From assembly GCA_965197805.1 (NCBI GenBank), contig OZ240229.1:1638502-1702501 (forward strand): 64,000 bases of DNA. The letters run 5' to 3'. The first letter of the stretch is position 1. Each line of letters begins with the position of its first letter. Shown here piece by piece: positions 19,556-28,726 of this stretch. A program made the position numbers and the translations under genes. The notes under the pieces were generated by a model. The model made no database searches. It saw nothing but the letters and a program-made list of their open reading frames with translations, and was not told the origin of the DNA. Source of the stretch: Dehalococcoidia bacterium. GTDB lineage: Bacteria > Chloroflexota > Dehalococcoidia > Lucifugimonadales > JAAXIE01.

Positions 19556-19797
19556 TTGTAGGCGTGGTTGGTGACGCGGCACCATACGTATCGTTTGTCG
19601 GAGGCTCCTCTTGGCCCAAAATGCCTCAACCAATGCAGTCTTACGCGACCAAACTTGATTCCCTCGTAACAAGGGGCTTTCGGATTGTTACTGTGGAGTG
19701 AAGGCGGTTGGGTGTGCGGGGGTTGGATATTCCAGTTGGGGCTTTTGTAGTGGCCGATGAGGTCGTTGTGGTGCGACCTACGCCGTCCGGGTAGGGA

Positions 19798-19981
19798 TTA
19801 CCGGGTTGGCAACGGCACCCGCAGGCTCATGCAGCGCAGGGAGCAGTGGCCAGGGCAGCCGGGCCGGGCCAACGTCTCGTCCATCTCGATCAGTCGTGCC
19901 CCGACCATCCGCTTGACGTTGCACGCCAGGGCCTTGAGATAGACGGCGAGCCGGACCCTCTCGCCGCCACGTACCCGTAAG
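19798..19981 (-). pseudogene. C-terminal end of an IS5/IS1182-type transposase, distal part, split by the IS1380 insertion
   Basis: It reads ...RVRGGERVRLAVYLKALACNVKRMVGA... When joined across the IS with 21684-21750 it gives KRRHGLGRLRVRGGERVRLAVYLKALACNVKRM, a typical DDE_Tnp_1 C-terminus. Confidence 0.6.
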
Positions 19982-21683
19982 CCCCGATCCACCGAAGAGA
20001 TGAGTGTGGGGGCGTAATGAAGGGGTAAGAAAGCGCTCCCTGCTTGGGGGATAATGGTTTCAGGAAGACGAAACCGACCCCAAACCGGGAGCACCCAATT
20101 GATGCTACCACCTGAGCGCCCCGACCGCATCCAAATCGCCTTTGATGATCACCGCCTGGTGGCCAATGCCGGGCTGCTCTTGCCGGTCACCCTGGCCCAG
20201 CGCCTGGGTCTGTCCCAGCTGGTTGACCGCCACGTTGACCTGGGCGATGCTCCTGGACGAGCCAACGCTGGCGACAAGATGCTGACCCTGGTAGCGTCGG
20301 CGCTGGCTGGGGGCGACTGCATCGACGACGCCGACGTGTTGCGCACCGGCGGGACCGCTCGTGCCATCGGCTGCGTGGTCAAGGCGCCGTCCACTCTGGG
20401 CACCTTCCTGCGCAGTTTCCGATGGGGTCACGTGCGCCAGATGGACCGGGTGAGTCGGGAGCTGCTGGCTCGGGCCTGGGCCGCCGGTGGGGGACCCGGC
20501 GACGGTCCGTTGACCATCGATCTGGACTCCACTATCTGCGAGACCTACGGGTTGGCCAAGGAAGGGGCACGGCGCCACAACTACACCGGCCAACGGGGCT
20601 ATCACCCGCTCCTCGCCATCGCAGCCGGCACCGGGGACGTGCTGATGGCCCGGCTCAGGGAGGGCCGGGCCAACACGGCCAGGGGCTCGGCCCACTTCCT
20701 GCGGGAAACGGTGGGGCGGGTGCGCCACGCCGGAGCCACCGGACCACTCACCGTGCGGGCCGACAGCGGCTTTTACACCCATGGCATCGTCGCCGTCTGT
20801 CGCAAGACGAAGGTCCGCTTCTCCATCACTGTCCGCCAGCACGCCCGACTGCGTAATCTCATCGAGGCCATACCAGAGGAAGAGTGGACGCCCATCCCCT
20901 ACTGGATGGAGGGCGCCGCCGACGTGGCCGAGACTGACTACACACCATTTGGCAGTGAGCCCGACGCCGTGCCGGTACGTCTCATCGTCCGCCGGGTGAA
21001 GCCCACGCCCGGTTCCCAACTGGCGCTCTTCGCCAACTATAGCTATCACGCTTTCATCACCGACCGGGAGGGCGACACCCTGGATCTCGAGGCCGACCAT
21101 CGCCGCCACGCCGAGATCGAGAACGCCATCCGCGACCTGAAGTACGGCGTGGGGCTCAACCACCTGCCATCGGGACGCTTTCCCGCCAACGCCGCCTGGC
21201 TGGCCGTCCAGGTCATGGCCCACAATCTGGCCCGCTGGACAACGCGCATCGGTCTGGGCGAGCCGGCGGCAACCACCAAGACCCTTAGGCGGCGCTTCTT
21301 CGCCCTGGCCGGACGGCTCACTCACTCCGCCCGTCGCCTCACCTTGCATCTTCCTCAGAGCTGGCCCTGGGGAAACCAATTCGGCAGAGCCCTGGCAAGA
21401 CTGCGCGCCCTACCGCTCCCTGCCTGACGGCGTCCGACCCATCCGCCGCACTACCCAACCGCCTGGCGGGCTTGCGCCACGCCGGTCCCTGAGTGTCTCC
21501 TGCTTCCAGCTGGCTGCCGGTCTCGCCCGCCACCAGCGGCTGCGGGCCGTCAGAAATCACATTTGCGCGGCTGTCGCACCCCACACCGTCCAAATCTGCC
21601 GGAATCAAAACCCGCCAGTCTCATTCCCGCACCTCTCACCCCTGGCCTGACCGGCACGGCCCAAACCCTCGGTGGATTCGGGG
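19982..21683 (+). mobile_element. complete IS1380-family insertion sequence (1702 bp)
   Basis: Terminal inverted repeats are CCCCGATCCACCGAAG (19982-19997) and the reverse complement of CCTCGGTGGATTCGGGG (21667-21683). A 4-bp direct duplication TAAG flanks the element at 19978-19981 and 21684-21687. Confidence 0.85.
20054..21427 (+). CDS. IS1380-family DDE transposase
   Basis: 457 aa and full length, with TIDLDSTICETYG, YHPLLA and the C-terminal HRRHAEIENAIRDLKYGVGLNHLPSGRF motif. The start may instead be the ATG at 20102. Confidence 0.9.
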   Translation: MVSGRRNRPQTGSTQLMLPPERPDRIQIAFDDHRLVANAGLLLPVTLAQRLGLSQLVDRHVDLGDAPGRANAGDKMLTLVASALAGGDCIDDADVLRTGGTARAIGCVVKAPSTLGTFLRSFRWGHVRQMDRVSRELLARAWAAGGGPGDGPLTIDLDSTICETYGLAKEGARRHNYTGQRGYHPLLAIAAGTGDVLMARLREGRANTARGSAHFLRETVGRVRHAGATGPLTVRADSGFYTHGIVAVCRKTKVRFSITVRQHARLRNLIEAIPEEEWTPIPYWMEGAADVAETDYTPFGSEPDAVPVRLIVRRVKPTPGSQLALFANYSYHAFITDREGDTLDLEADHRRHAEIENAIRDLKYGVGLNHLPSGRFPANAAWLAVQVMAHNLARWTTRIGLGEPAATTKTLRRRFFALAGRLTHSARRLTLHLPQSWPWGNQFGRALARLRALPLPA

Positions 21684-21750
21684 TAAGCGGCCGAGGCCAT
21701 GGCGCCGTTTCATCTCCGAGTTCGTCCCCTCTATCCAAACAGCATATATC
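21684..21750 (-). pseudogene. proximal piece of the IS5/IS1182-type transposase remnant
   Basis: It reads AVWIEGTNSEMKRRHGLGRL and is in frame with 19798-19981 once the IS and one TAAG copy are removed. The frame closes upstream at an AT-rich break near 21750. Confidence 0.5.
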
Positions 21751-21972
21751 TGCTTATTATTCTAGCATACGATGAAGGGCAGTTCCAACAGCGGAGAGGG
21801 TCGGGGGGCTAAGCAACAGCGACCGCTGGCACAACGGGCCCAGCGGTCGGCCCCTGTCCCCACCCGGCGCGACGCCATCCATCGTGGTCCAGCCACCGAG
21901 GAGCATCCCAATGAACATACCAGAAGAGCTGTTCGACCCCGATGAGGTCTGGGCCCAGACGAGCACCGATCT

Positions 21973-22401
21973 ATGAGCCTCCGGTTCCTAGACGAGGCCG
22001 GGGGCGAACTCGAGGTAAGACGGCGCCGGCAAGCCCAGGAGAACCTCTGGGTAGCCATCGTCCACCAGCTCTCGGCCATTGCCGAGCAACGGGGATGGAA
22101 TCATGAGCACGAGTTCTTCGACATAGGCCGTTACCTTGAGAAGGAATACAACCTGCGGGAGTTGGTCCCCCGTCTCAGCTTGGTCGAGGGAGACTATGTC
22201 AACTTCTTCGGAATCGAGGAGTTCACCTCGGAGATACGGCGCGAGATAGCTCGAGCCAGGCAGTTGATAGCTGGCCTGGAGAACCTGCGTCAATGCCCCA
22301 TGCGCCCGTACACCATTGAAGACAGATGTGACCGGGCCATTGTCTACAACCTGACCGGAGCTACCTACCCCGTGGGAACAACGAGGGAACCGGGTTCGTA
22401 A
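21973..22401 (+). CDS. hypothetical helical protein, weak PaREP1/HEPN-like resemblance
   Basis: ENLWVAIVHQLSAIAEQRGWNHEHEFFDIGRYL...GDYVNFFG resembles the EKAW...RG...LHxNFY pattern shared by the tandem genes at 56780-57591. Confidence 0.4.
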   Translation: MSLRFLDEAGGELEVRRRRQAQENLWVAIVHQLSAIAEQRGWNHEHEFFDIGRYLEKEYNLRELVPRLSLVEGDYVNFFGIEEFTSEIRREIARARQLIAGLENLRQCPMRPYTIEDRCDRAIVYNLTGATYPVGTTREPGS

Positions 22402-22645
22402 ACGAGACCCGTTTGCGGGAAAGGTCCAGCATGTGGGGTTTGAGCCGTGAGGAAGTCGTGGTGGAGGGCATATCGCCGGCCGAGAGAAAGACCACACTAG
22501 GAATTGGTTACGACGCCCACCAGGACATCCTGACACTGGAGGGGGCGGCGATAGAGGGACCACGGAGTCGGTCTCCTGCACAACACCTTCTTTAGGCGGG
22601 GAGTCTGTCAGGCATCTCGCGTTCAACGGGACAGGTATAGATTCC

Positions 22646-23122
22646 GTGGAATTCTTGATCTCTCTGAACCCAGGTGAACCGCCACGACCCCTAGCCAGAA
22701 TCGCCTCGGGAGGAGAAGCCTCCAGGCTGATGCTCGCCATTAAGACAATCCTATCCACGGCTGACCAGATTCCAATACTCGTGTTCGACGAAGTCGATGC
22801 GGGGATGGGAGGCCGAGCCGGGAGTGTCCTGGGTGAGAAACTATGGGGTCTGTCCAAGAGCCACCAGGTCCTATGTGTAACTCACCTCCCACAAATAGCG
22901 TGCTATGCAGACCACCACGTTAAGGTTACAAAACTTGCCTCACATGATAGGACCGTGACATCGGTGGAGGTTCTGGACGGCGAGGCCAGGGTGACGGAAC
23001 TCAGTCAGATGCTGGGCTCCGATAGCGGCGCTACCCGCACCAACGCGCTGGAGATGTTGCTGCAGGCCAAGAGCTGGAAGGAGAGCAAGAGGGTGCACCC
23101 CATGCAGGAAACTCTTGCATGA
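22646..23122 (+). pseudogene. recN: recN, C-terminal ~155 codons only
   Basis: The ABC signature is ASGGEASRLMLAIK and the Walker B is ILVFDEVDAGMGG, followed by VLCVTHLPQIA. The ~400 N-terminal codons, including Walker A, are absent upstream. Confidence 0.8.
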
Positions 23123-23626
23123 GCGCCATGGACGTGGACTCGAACCTATCGCATGTCCATTGGTACCACCGCCCAGAGTGCCAAGCTGAACCTCAGCGGG
23201 AAGGATCCGTAAGCTGAGCAGAATCGAGAGGATACGCACCGCATGACCAACGACCGCCTGCTCCTCAGCCGCTGTGGAGCGAGGGAACCGAGACCTTCAC
23301 CTGCTTCGATTCTCGCCTCGACCTCAGCCGTGCTAATAGAATGGGATCACTCTGAGGCGTTTGACCGCACCGTGTATTCGTGGAATGGAGTTAATCTCTG
23401 CACGGCGTTGCAGGAGGTCCTTCAATCGAGGCGGTGCGAGGCACCTAGGCCTCTATTGCGAGGGGGCACCAACCTGCCAGCGGTAGGCGATCCGGTTCAC
23501 TGCACTCATTTCAGGGCAGTTGCAGCCGATGGTGGGAGGACATGCGAATTCTGCCACAGGCGACGAGAACACTGCATATGCTACCATAAATCCATAATTC
23601 CATTTGTTACAGAGGACTCTAACACG

Positions 23627-23902
23627 ATGAAGGTAATCAGCGTGGCCGTCGACGATGAAACCCACCGCCTGGCCAGGATCAAGGCCGCCCAACAGGGCAC
23701 ATCCATGTCCGCTCTGCTGAGGGAGTACCTTCTGCAGGCACTCAGGGAGGACGGCAACCGGCATCCTGCGGAGACCGAGCCGCAGCGCAGGGCGAGAAAC
23801 TTGGACGAGGTCATGGCAAGGTTTGAGGCGGAGGGCGTGGGTTTAAATGCCAGTGAAAGGCTGAGCAGGGAGGAACTGTACGACAGGCATGCGTCTCGCT
23901 GA
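23627..23902 (+). CDS. RHH/CopG-like antitoxin (VapB-type)
   Basis: MKVISVAVDDETHRLARIKAAQQGTSMSALLREYL is a ribbon-helix-helix pattern. The gene overlaps the downstream PIN gene by 14 nt. The ORF-track start at 23243 is implausibly far upstream. Confidence 0.7.
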   Translation: MKVISVAVDDETHRLARIKAAQQGTSMSALLREYLLQALREDGNRHPAETEPQRRARNLDEVMARFEAEGVGLNASERLSREELYDRHASR

Positions 23903-24296
23903 CACCAACATCCTGATCTATGCGGCCGACACCTCTCCAGAAGAAAGACAGAAAAGAGCAAGGGCCGCGGAAGTCCTCAAAACGGAGGATCTTTGCCTGT
24001 CCGTACAGGTCCTCCAGGAGTTCTACCACCAGGCTACCCGACCGACAGGCAGACTTGGTATGTCCCACGAGCAAGCCCTGGCTTTCCTGGACCCTTTCAT
24101 GGACCTGATTATCCAGCCGGTAACTCAGGAAGTGTTCAGAGAGGCTGCAGAGATTGCAAACAGGCACAATATCTCCTGCTGGGACGCCGCCATTATGGCG
24201 GCGGCACGAATTCTGGGATGCGACGCGGTCTATTCGGAAGACCTCAACCAAGGCCAGTCATACGACGGCGTCGTGGTGATAAACCCCTTTCGCTGA
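23889..24296 (+). CDS. vapC: PIN-domain toxin
   Basis: MRLADTNILIYA...VLQEFYH...CWDAAIMAAA...VYSEDL places acidic residues in the PIN pattern. Confidence 0.9.
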   Translation: MRLADTNILIYAADTSPEERQKRARAAEVLKTEDLCLSVQVLQEFYHQATRPTGRLGMSHEQALAFLDPFMDLIIQPVTQEVFREAAEIANRHNISCWDAAIMAAARILGCDAVYSEDLNQGQSYDGVVVINPFR

Positions 24297-24984
24297 TCGC
24301 AAGGGAGATGACTTGCTATCCTGTGGCCCAAATGTCCGTGCCGTGAGAGAGGCCGGAAGTAGGTGAAGGGAGGCCACGTTGACGGTGGCCTGCCGTGGGG
24401 AGAAGCTTCTCGAAACGATGCGCTTATTCTCGAGACGAGACATGCAACAGACCGTTAGTTGGGTTGCAGCAGCCAATTGAGAGACACACTTTGAATGTGA
24501 GGCCCCACAGTTGCTAGATCAGTTTTTCCCGTCTCCATCCGGGAAAAAACCCAGGCCCTACTCTGAGAATAGGGATTGGCGGAATGGCCGGTACCGATAG
24601 AGATTCCACAGGAACCTTCGGACGGCATTGTCCGATGGACTCACAGGGTAGTCCATCCATGCCCTAGCCACAGAGGCAGCCCCTAGTGAATTCCCGGCGA
24701 CGCAATCCTGGTCAGGATGTGACGGTCCCTCACTGTCGTCGCTTTACTACTCCACTTCCCAATCGACACAAGTCGCTCAACCACTCGTGGCAGTGGGCTC
24801 GGTCGAAAGCCCGTAGACAATGACGAATGCATTGGGGGGAGGGGGTGGTGTTGCGTAAATGGAAGGCCCTTACTCAAAACAGGCCTACTCAAACCCCAGA
24901 AAGCTAGTGACTATTGCCAAAGTCATTGCCGAAGGCCATAATGTAAGGCCAATGGCCACTCTTTGAGGTAAAGGAGTATTTTCT

Positions 24985-25218
24985 ATGTTTGAATCCAGCA
25001 TAACCGTGAAGGGCCAGACCACATTGCCCAAAGCCGTCAGGGAATCGCTGGCAGTGAAGGCAGGGGATAGGGTCCGCTATGTCATTCTGGACGAGGGGGT
25101 GCTGATAATGCCCGTGCGGTCCACCAGCCGACTGTTCGGTAGCCTTAAGTACGACGGGCCGCCGGTGAGCTTGGAAGACATGGACCGTGCCATCGCAGAG
25201 GGGGCAATCGAAGAATGA
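24985..25218 (+). CDS. AbrB/SpoVT-type antitoxin
   Basis: SITVKGQTTLPKAVRESLAVKAGDRVRY is a swapped-hairpin motif. AAGGAG lies 8 nt upstream. The gene overlaps the next PIN gene by 4 nt. Confidence 0.85.
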   Translation: MFESSITVKGQTTLPKAVRESLAVKAGDRVRYVILDEGVLIMPVRSTSRLFGSLKYDGPPVSLEDMDRAIAEGAIEE

Positions 25219-25631
25219 CCGCGCTCGACACAAATGTGATCGTACGCTACTTGGTGGGCGACAACGCTGAACACGCTGAGGCGTCTCGCGCGTTGCTGGA
25301 TGGGCTGACGCCCGGTAATCCAGGATTCATTTGCCGCGAGGTCGTCGTAGAGGTCGCCTGGGTACTGGAACGGAGCTACCGCTTCACACGAACCCGAGTC
25401 GCGGAGGCATTGATGGACCTAACCGCTTCGGACAGTCTCGTCATCGAGAATTCTGATGACGTCGCCGCAGCTGCACATCGCTATCGGCAAGGAGGCGCCG
25501 GGCTTTCGGACTTGATGATCCTTAGAGCGGCCGAACGGGTGGGGGCGACGCCCCTCTACACCTTTGACCGCAGACTTGCCAGGATGCAGGGAACAATCTT
25601 GGTGGAGAATCCCGGGGGTAAGTCGTCATGA
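25215..25631 (+). CDS. vapC: PIN-domain toxin
   Basis: MTALDTNVIVRYLVGD...CREVVVEVAWVL...LSDLMILRAA...LYTFD. Confidence 0.9.
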   Translation: MTALDTNVIVRYLVGDNAEHAEASRALLDGLTPGNPGFICREVVVEVAWVLERSYRFTRTRVAEALMDLTASDSLVIENSDDVAAAAHRYRQGGAGLSDLMILRAAERVGATPLYTFDRRLARMQGTILVENPGGKSS

Positions 25632-25935
25632 AGGACTCACAAAAACCCGACCACGTGAGTCTCGCCAACATGGTCGGACGTTTGCGCGAGGGGCGGTACG
25701 TGATCCCCGATTTCCAGCGTGACTTTGAATGGGAGCCATGGGACATCAAAGAGCTAATGAGTTCCATCTTCCGCGACTACTACATCGGTAGCCTTCTTCT
25801 TTGGAAGGGCAAAGACGAAAACTTTGAGGCACTCTCCTGTGAGGCGATCTACGGGTTTGAGGGTAGTGATGGCCGAACCGATATCGTCTTGGACGGTCAG
25901 CAGCGTCTTACGGCCATGTATTACGCGTTCATGGC
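25628..25935 (+). pseudogene. DUF262 (ParB-like nuclease, GmrSD N-terminal type), N-terminal fragment
   Basis: It reads YVIPDFQRDFEWEPWDIKELMSSI...IVLDGQQRLTAMYYAF. DUF262 homology stops abruptly near 25930 and the reading frame continues into unrelated sequence. Confidence 0.7.
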
Positions 25936-26508
25936 ACGGTACTTGCTCGGGCCGATCACGACATTATCGAGGGCAGCCGGTTCTCCATGTCGGAGGATGA
26001 GCTGCGGCAGTCTAGGGAAACTCCCTGGCTGCCCCGAAGCGTCGAAGACCGAATCGCCTATGACACCGGACGGACGCAACGTATCGTTCAAGCATACAAG
26101 GATCATGTCGACTCTAATTGGCCGACGCTTATTTTCGCCACCTCAGTGGAACACTCGCAGACCGTCGCAGCACTCTTGGCCTCAACGGGAGTCAAGGCAC
26201 GAGCTGTGAGCTCCGCCACTGATGCATCTGCTCGTCGCCGCATTGTAGAGGAGTTCCGTCCCGGCGAACTCGAGGCCCTCGTCAACTACGGGATATTCAG
26301 GGAGGGGTTCGATGCACCGAAGACTCGGGCCATCATAGTCGCTCGGCCGGTATACAGTCCCAACCTCTACTTCCAGATGATCGGTAGAGGTCTGCGCGGC
26401 GTCAAGAACGGAGGCAACGACCGCTGCCTTATTCTGAACGTGCGGGACAATATCAATAACTTCGAACGAAAACTGGCCTTCTCCGACCTCGATTGGCTCT
26501 GGGCCTGA
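25936..26508 (+). pseudogene. SF2 helicase C-terminal domain fragment fused behind the DUF262 fragment
   Basis: TLIFATSVEHSQ...VNYGIFREGFDAPKTRAIIVARP...QMIGRGLR covers helicase motifs IV-VI. No motif I/II region precedes it. Confidence 0.7.
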
Positions 26509-26798
26509 ACCCACCATCCAACGGTTCCATCAATGGTGTTAGAGCTTGGTACTAGCCACCCTCGGCACGCTCCGAGCTTGCAAATCGCATGTCCTGATGG
26601 TGGAAGCGAACATAGAAATCTGGATTATCGGTTATCATCTCGCCGACGCTAACTCCATTTAGGAACCCCTCTGACTCTAGGCAAGATATACATATACTGA
26701 GTCCCGAGATTGCCTCTTCCCCGCAGTCTTTCCGCCATCCTCCGTCCCGGTCCACCCAAAGGGGCTCGAACCACGGAACAATCTATGGCCTATAGATC

Positions 26799-26841
26799 CA
26801 CCGACCACGAGTACCGCAAATTTTTGTCGCTATTGGGTAAC
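26799..26841 (+). repeat. 43-nt conserved core, copy 1 of 2 (direct)
   Basis: CACCGACCACGAGTACCGCAAATTTTTGTCGCTATTGGGTAAC matches 28171-28213 at 38 of 43 positions. Looser similarity extends ~40 nt upstream and includes a CTCGAAC motif. Confidence 0.6.
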
Positions 26842-27025
26842 CGGGATGAGCTTCTCGGTTTCTTAATTGCCTCTAACTCTTGCGTAGGGATAGATGGGGT
26901 GCTACCTACTCTATAGTCGCCGTCGATGGTCATATGGTCGAGCACAAAGAGTAGAAATTGTCGGACGTTCCTCCGGACTGATCACGTCTAGACCTGCCCG
27001 GGCCAGCAGGTCAGCCATGGACAGG

Positions 27026-27115
27026 CGGTTCCCTCGCGTGGGCGGGGATAGACCGCAGGCACCGTCACGCCGCGGTCCATGGTCTCCGGTTCCCCAGCGT
27101 GGGCGGGGATAGGCC
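27026..27115 (+). CRISPR. orphan type I-E-like CRISPR remnant: two 29-nt repeats and one 32-nt spacer
   Basis: The repeats are CGGTTCCCTCGCGTGGGCGGGGATAGACC (27026-27054) and CGGTTCCCCAGCGTGGGCGGGGATAGGCC (27087-27115), 26 of 29 identical. Both resemble the GTTCCCCGCG...GCGGGGATAAACC repeat class, and the 29/32 spacing is canonical. Degenerate repeat-like sequence lies at 26967-26995 and ~27148-27178. No cas genes are in the window. Confidence 0.55.
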
Positions 27116-27706
27116 GTCGACTCATACATGTTCGCGTACCAGCCAAGGGGTTGCGCAACCATTCAGGCTGGGTGTAGATCGGTACCGGAGGTCGCGGGAG
27201 AGTGCCTTCATGCATTGCCCCGAAGGGAACTGCATGGAAGTCTCTCCCAGGCTTCTTCATCCGGTCCGCTGCATAAAAGGACCCACGAGGGCAGGGCGAC
27301 TTTGAAATCTGGCAACGACGAGAATAACCGCATGGCACAGATGGAAGACGGCCGTCAACTAGGACAGGGCAGTGGTCGGGCAGCAGGTCGGCGAGTGCAC
27401 AATTGAGGAATTGAGCGCTGAGCTTGGGCGAATAGAGCCTCCGGCGTTTCCGACGGTCGAGCGGTCCCCGTGGACGGTGTGCTGGATTTGCATCACCAAG
27501 ACTGGCAAGCGGGCGGCTCGCCACGCCGCACGGTAGTCATCCATAGAGAGTTCTATCGAAACCTCTACCCTAGCCCTGGACACCCTTGTTGTGTATGAGC
27601 AAGAGCGCGAAGATACCGAAACCCAACAGCAACAGGCGTCAGTTCAAATGTCATCCCCTCACAAATAATTATCGGGTTAGGGGAGGCAGAAAACCATCGC
27701 TCTAGG

Positions 27707-28078
27707 GTGAGGCACGACTGTGATAACAAAAGTGGTAACGAGATAGTGCGAACACCAATTGTAGCTACGGAAATCGAGTTTTGGGGGGCATTGGGAGAGT
27801 ACCGTATACCCAGTGACGCGTTAAGGCGCGTGTTTGCCGAAATCCGGGCGGCGGCGCAGTGGAAAAAGCGACCGGAGCTCGGCAGGCTGACTGCGCGGGA
27901 GCGTGAGATTCTTGCGCTGTTTGCCCAGGGGTTGTCGTACGCAAAGATTGCTGAGATCAGGGGCAACCAGCCGCTGACTATCCGTAACGCCATCTACGGC
28001 ATCCAAGACAAGCTTAACATCGAGACGAAGCAGGAACTAGTTGTCTGGGCTGTTCGAAACGGCTTGCTGGACGAGTAG
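27707..28078 (+). CDS. LuxR-type HTH protein lacking a receiver domain
   Basis: The C-terminus LTAREREILALFAQGLSYAKIAEIRGNQPLTIRNAIYGIQDKLNIETKQELVVWAVRNGLLDE is colinear with the C-terminus of the response regulator at 5397-6047, including the linker RRVF. Confidence 0.7.
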   Translation: MRHDCDNKSGNEIVRTPIVATEIEFWGALGEYRIPSDALRRVFAEIRAAAQWKKRPELGRLTAREREILALFAQGLSYAKIAEIRGNQPLTIRNAIYGIQDKLNIETKQELVVWAVRNGLLDE

Positions 28079-28170
28079 CGTCGGGGGACGATAGGTACAT
28101 GACAGCAAGGCTCATAGTCCCATCTTCATCATTGGACTCGAACTTTCAAGCCTGTCCGTACCTAGAGTTG

Positions 28171-28213
28171 CACCGACCAGGAGTACCGCAAATGTTTGTC
28201 ACAATTGGGCAAC
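28171..28213 (+). repeat. 43-nt conserved core, copy 2 of 2
   Basis: CACCGACCAGGAGTACCGCAAATGTTTGTCACAATTGGGCAAC. In one frame both copies read TD(H/Q)EYRK(F/C)LS(L/Q)LGN with some synonymous differences, so they may be 5-prime ends of paralogous genes. Confidence 0.6.
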
Positions 28214-28483
28214 TAAGATGAACGACCCCATCCCCCAATTATCCCGCCCATCCCGTCCATCCATGCAAAAAAGCCGTCCCCGTCACGCGTACCTACTTTG
28301 AGGTGACGGGTTGAAAAAGGTCGGCCTCTCTGGGTTCGGAATGGGTTACCCGCCCACATTCCTGCTTGGGGAGGCTGACAATGTCGTGATATCACTGGAT
28401 TGCCAGATTTCTAGATGGGTCGGTGCCGCAGTTACGGGCTACCCGCCGGTACAAGCAACGACACACCAGGCGACACAAGGACC

Positions 28484-28726
28484 ATGAAGGCCTCGGAGTT
28501 CAAGGCCAAATGCCTTCAACTCATGGACGAGGTGGCCGACAGCGGTAACGAGATCGTCATCACCAAGAACGGGAAGCCGGTCTCCCGCTTGGTGCCCTGC
28601 TGGGAACGTATCAAGTCTCTTTTCGGCGTGGACCGTGGCAGGATGAAGATCGTCGGCGACATCATCAGCCCCATCGATGTCGAATGGGAAGCGGAGACCA
28701 ATCCTGACAGAGTGCTGAATCCATGA
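28484..28726 (+). CDS. Phd/YefM-family antitoxin
   Basis: MKASEFKAKCLQLMDEVADSGNEIVITKNGKPVSRLVP is the typical Phd/YefM N-terminus. The ORF-track start at 28415 is less likely. Confidence 0.85.
   Translation: MKASEFKAKCLQLMDEVADSGNEIVITKNGKPVSRLVPCWERIKSLFGVDRGRMKIVGDIISPIDVEWEAETNPDRVLNP

Noticed and set aside
20105-21379. 424-aa ORF antisense to the IS1380 transposase
   Set aside because: The sense strand encodes a full-length transposase with conserved motifs. The antisense product is Gly/Pro/Arg-rich with no recognisable domain. This is a typical GC-rich shadow ORF.
21988-22857. 289-aa minus-strand ORF spanning the PaREP1-like gene and the recN fragment
   Set aside because: It is Pro/Ser/Arg-rich without motifs, and it lies antisense to two plus-strand regions that do have recognisable similarity.
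24523-24548. Hairpin TTTTTCCCG-N8-CGGGAAAAA as an intrinsic terminator
   Set aside because: The T and A runs are part of the stem rather than a trailing U-tract. No well-supported gene ends just upstream on either strand.
26761-26798. Treating the GGGGCTCGAACC-containing sequences at 26761 and 28134 (and GTGACTCGAACCC near 45131) as tRNA genes
   Set aside because: Apart from a T-loop-like heptamer, no acceptor, D or T stems can be paired. The conserved part of the 26761/28134 pair lies outside the T-loop-like motif.
26894-27524. ORFs 26894-27112 (+), 26911-27162 (-) and 26988-27524 (-) overlapping the CRISPR-like repeats
   Set aside because: The translations are Arg/Pro-rich and featureless. 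The 29/32-nt repeat-spacer geometry explains the local sequence better. I cannot exclude coding without a database search.
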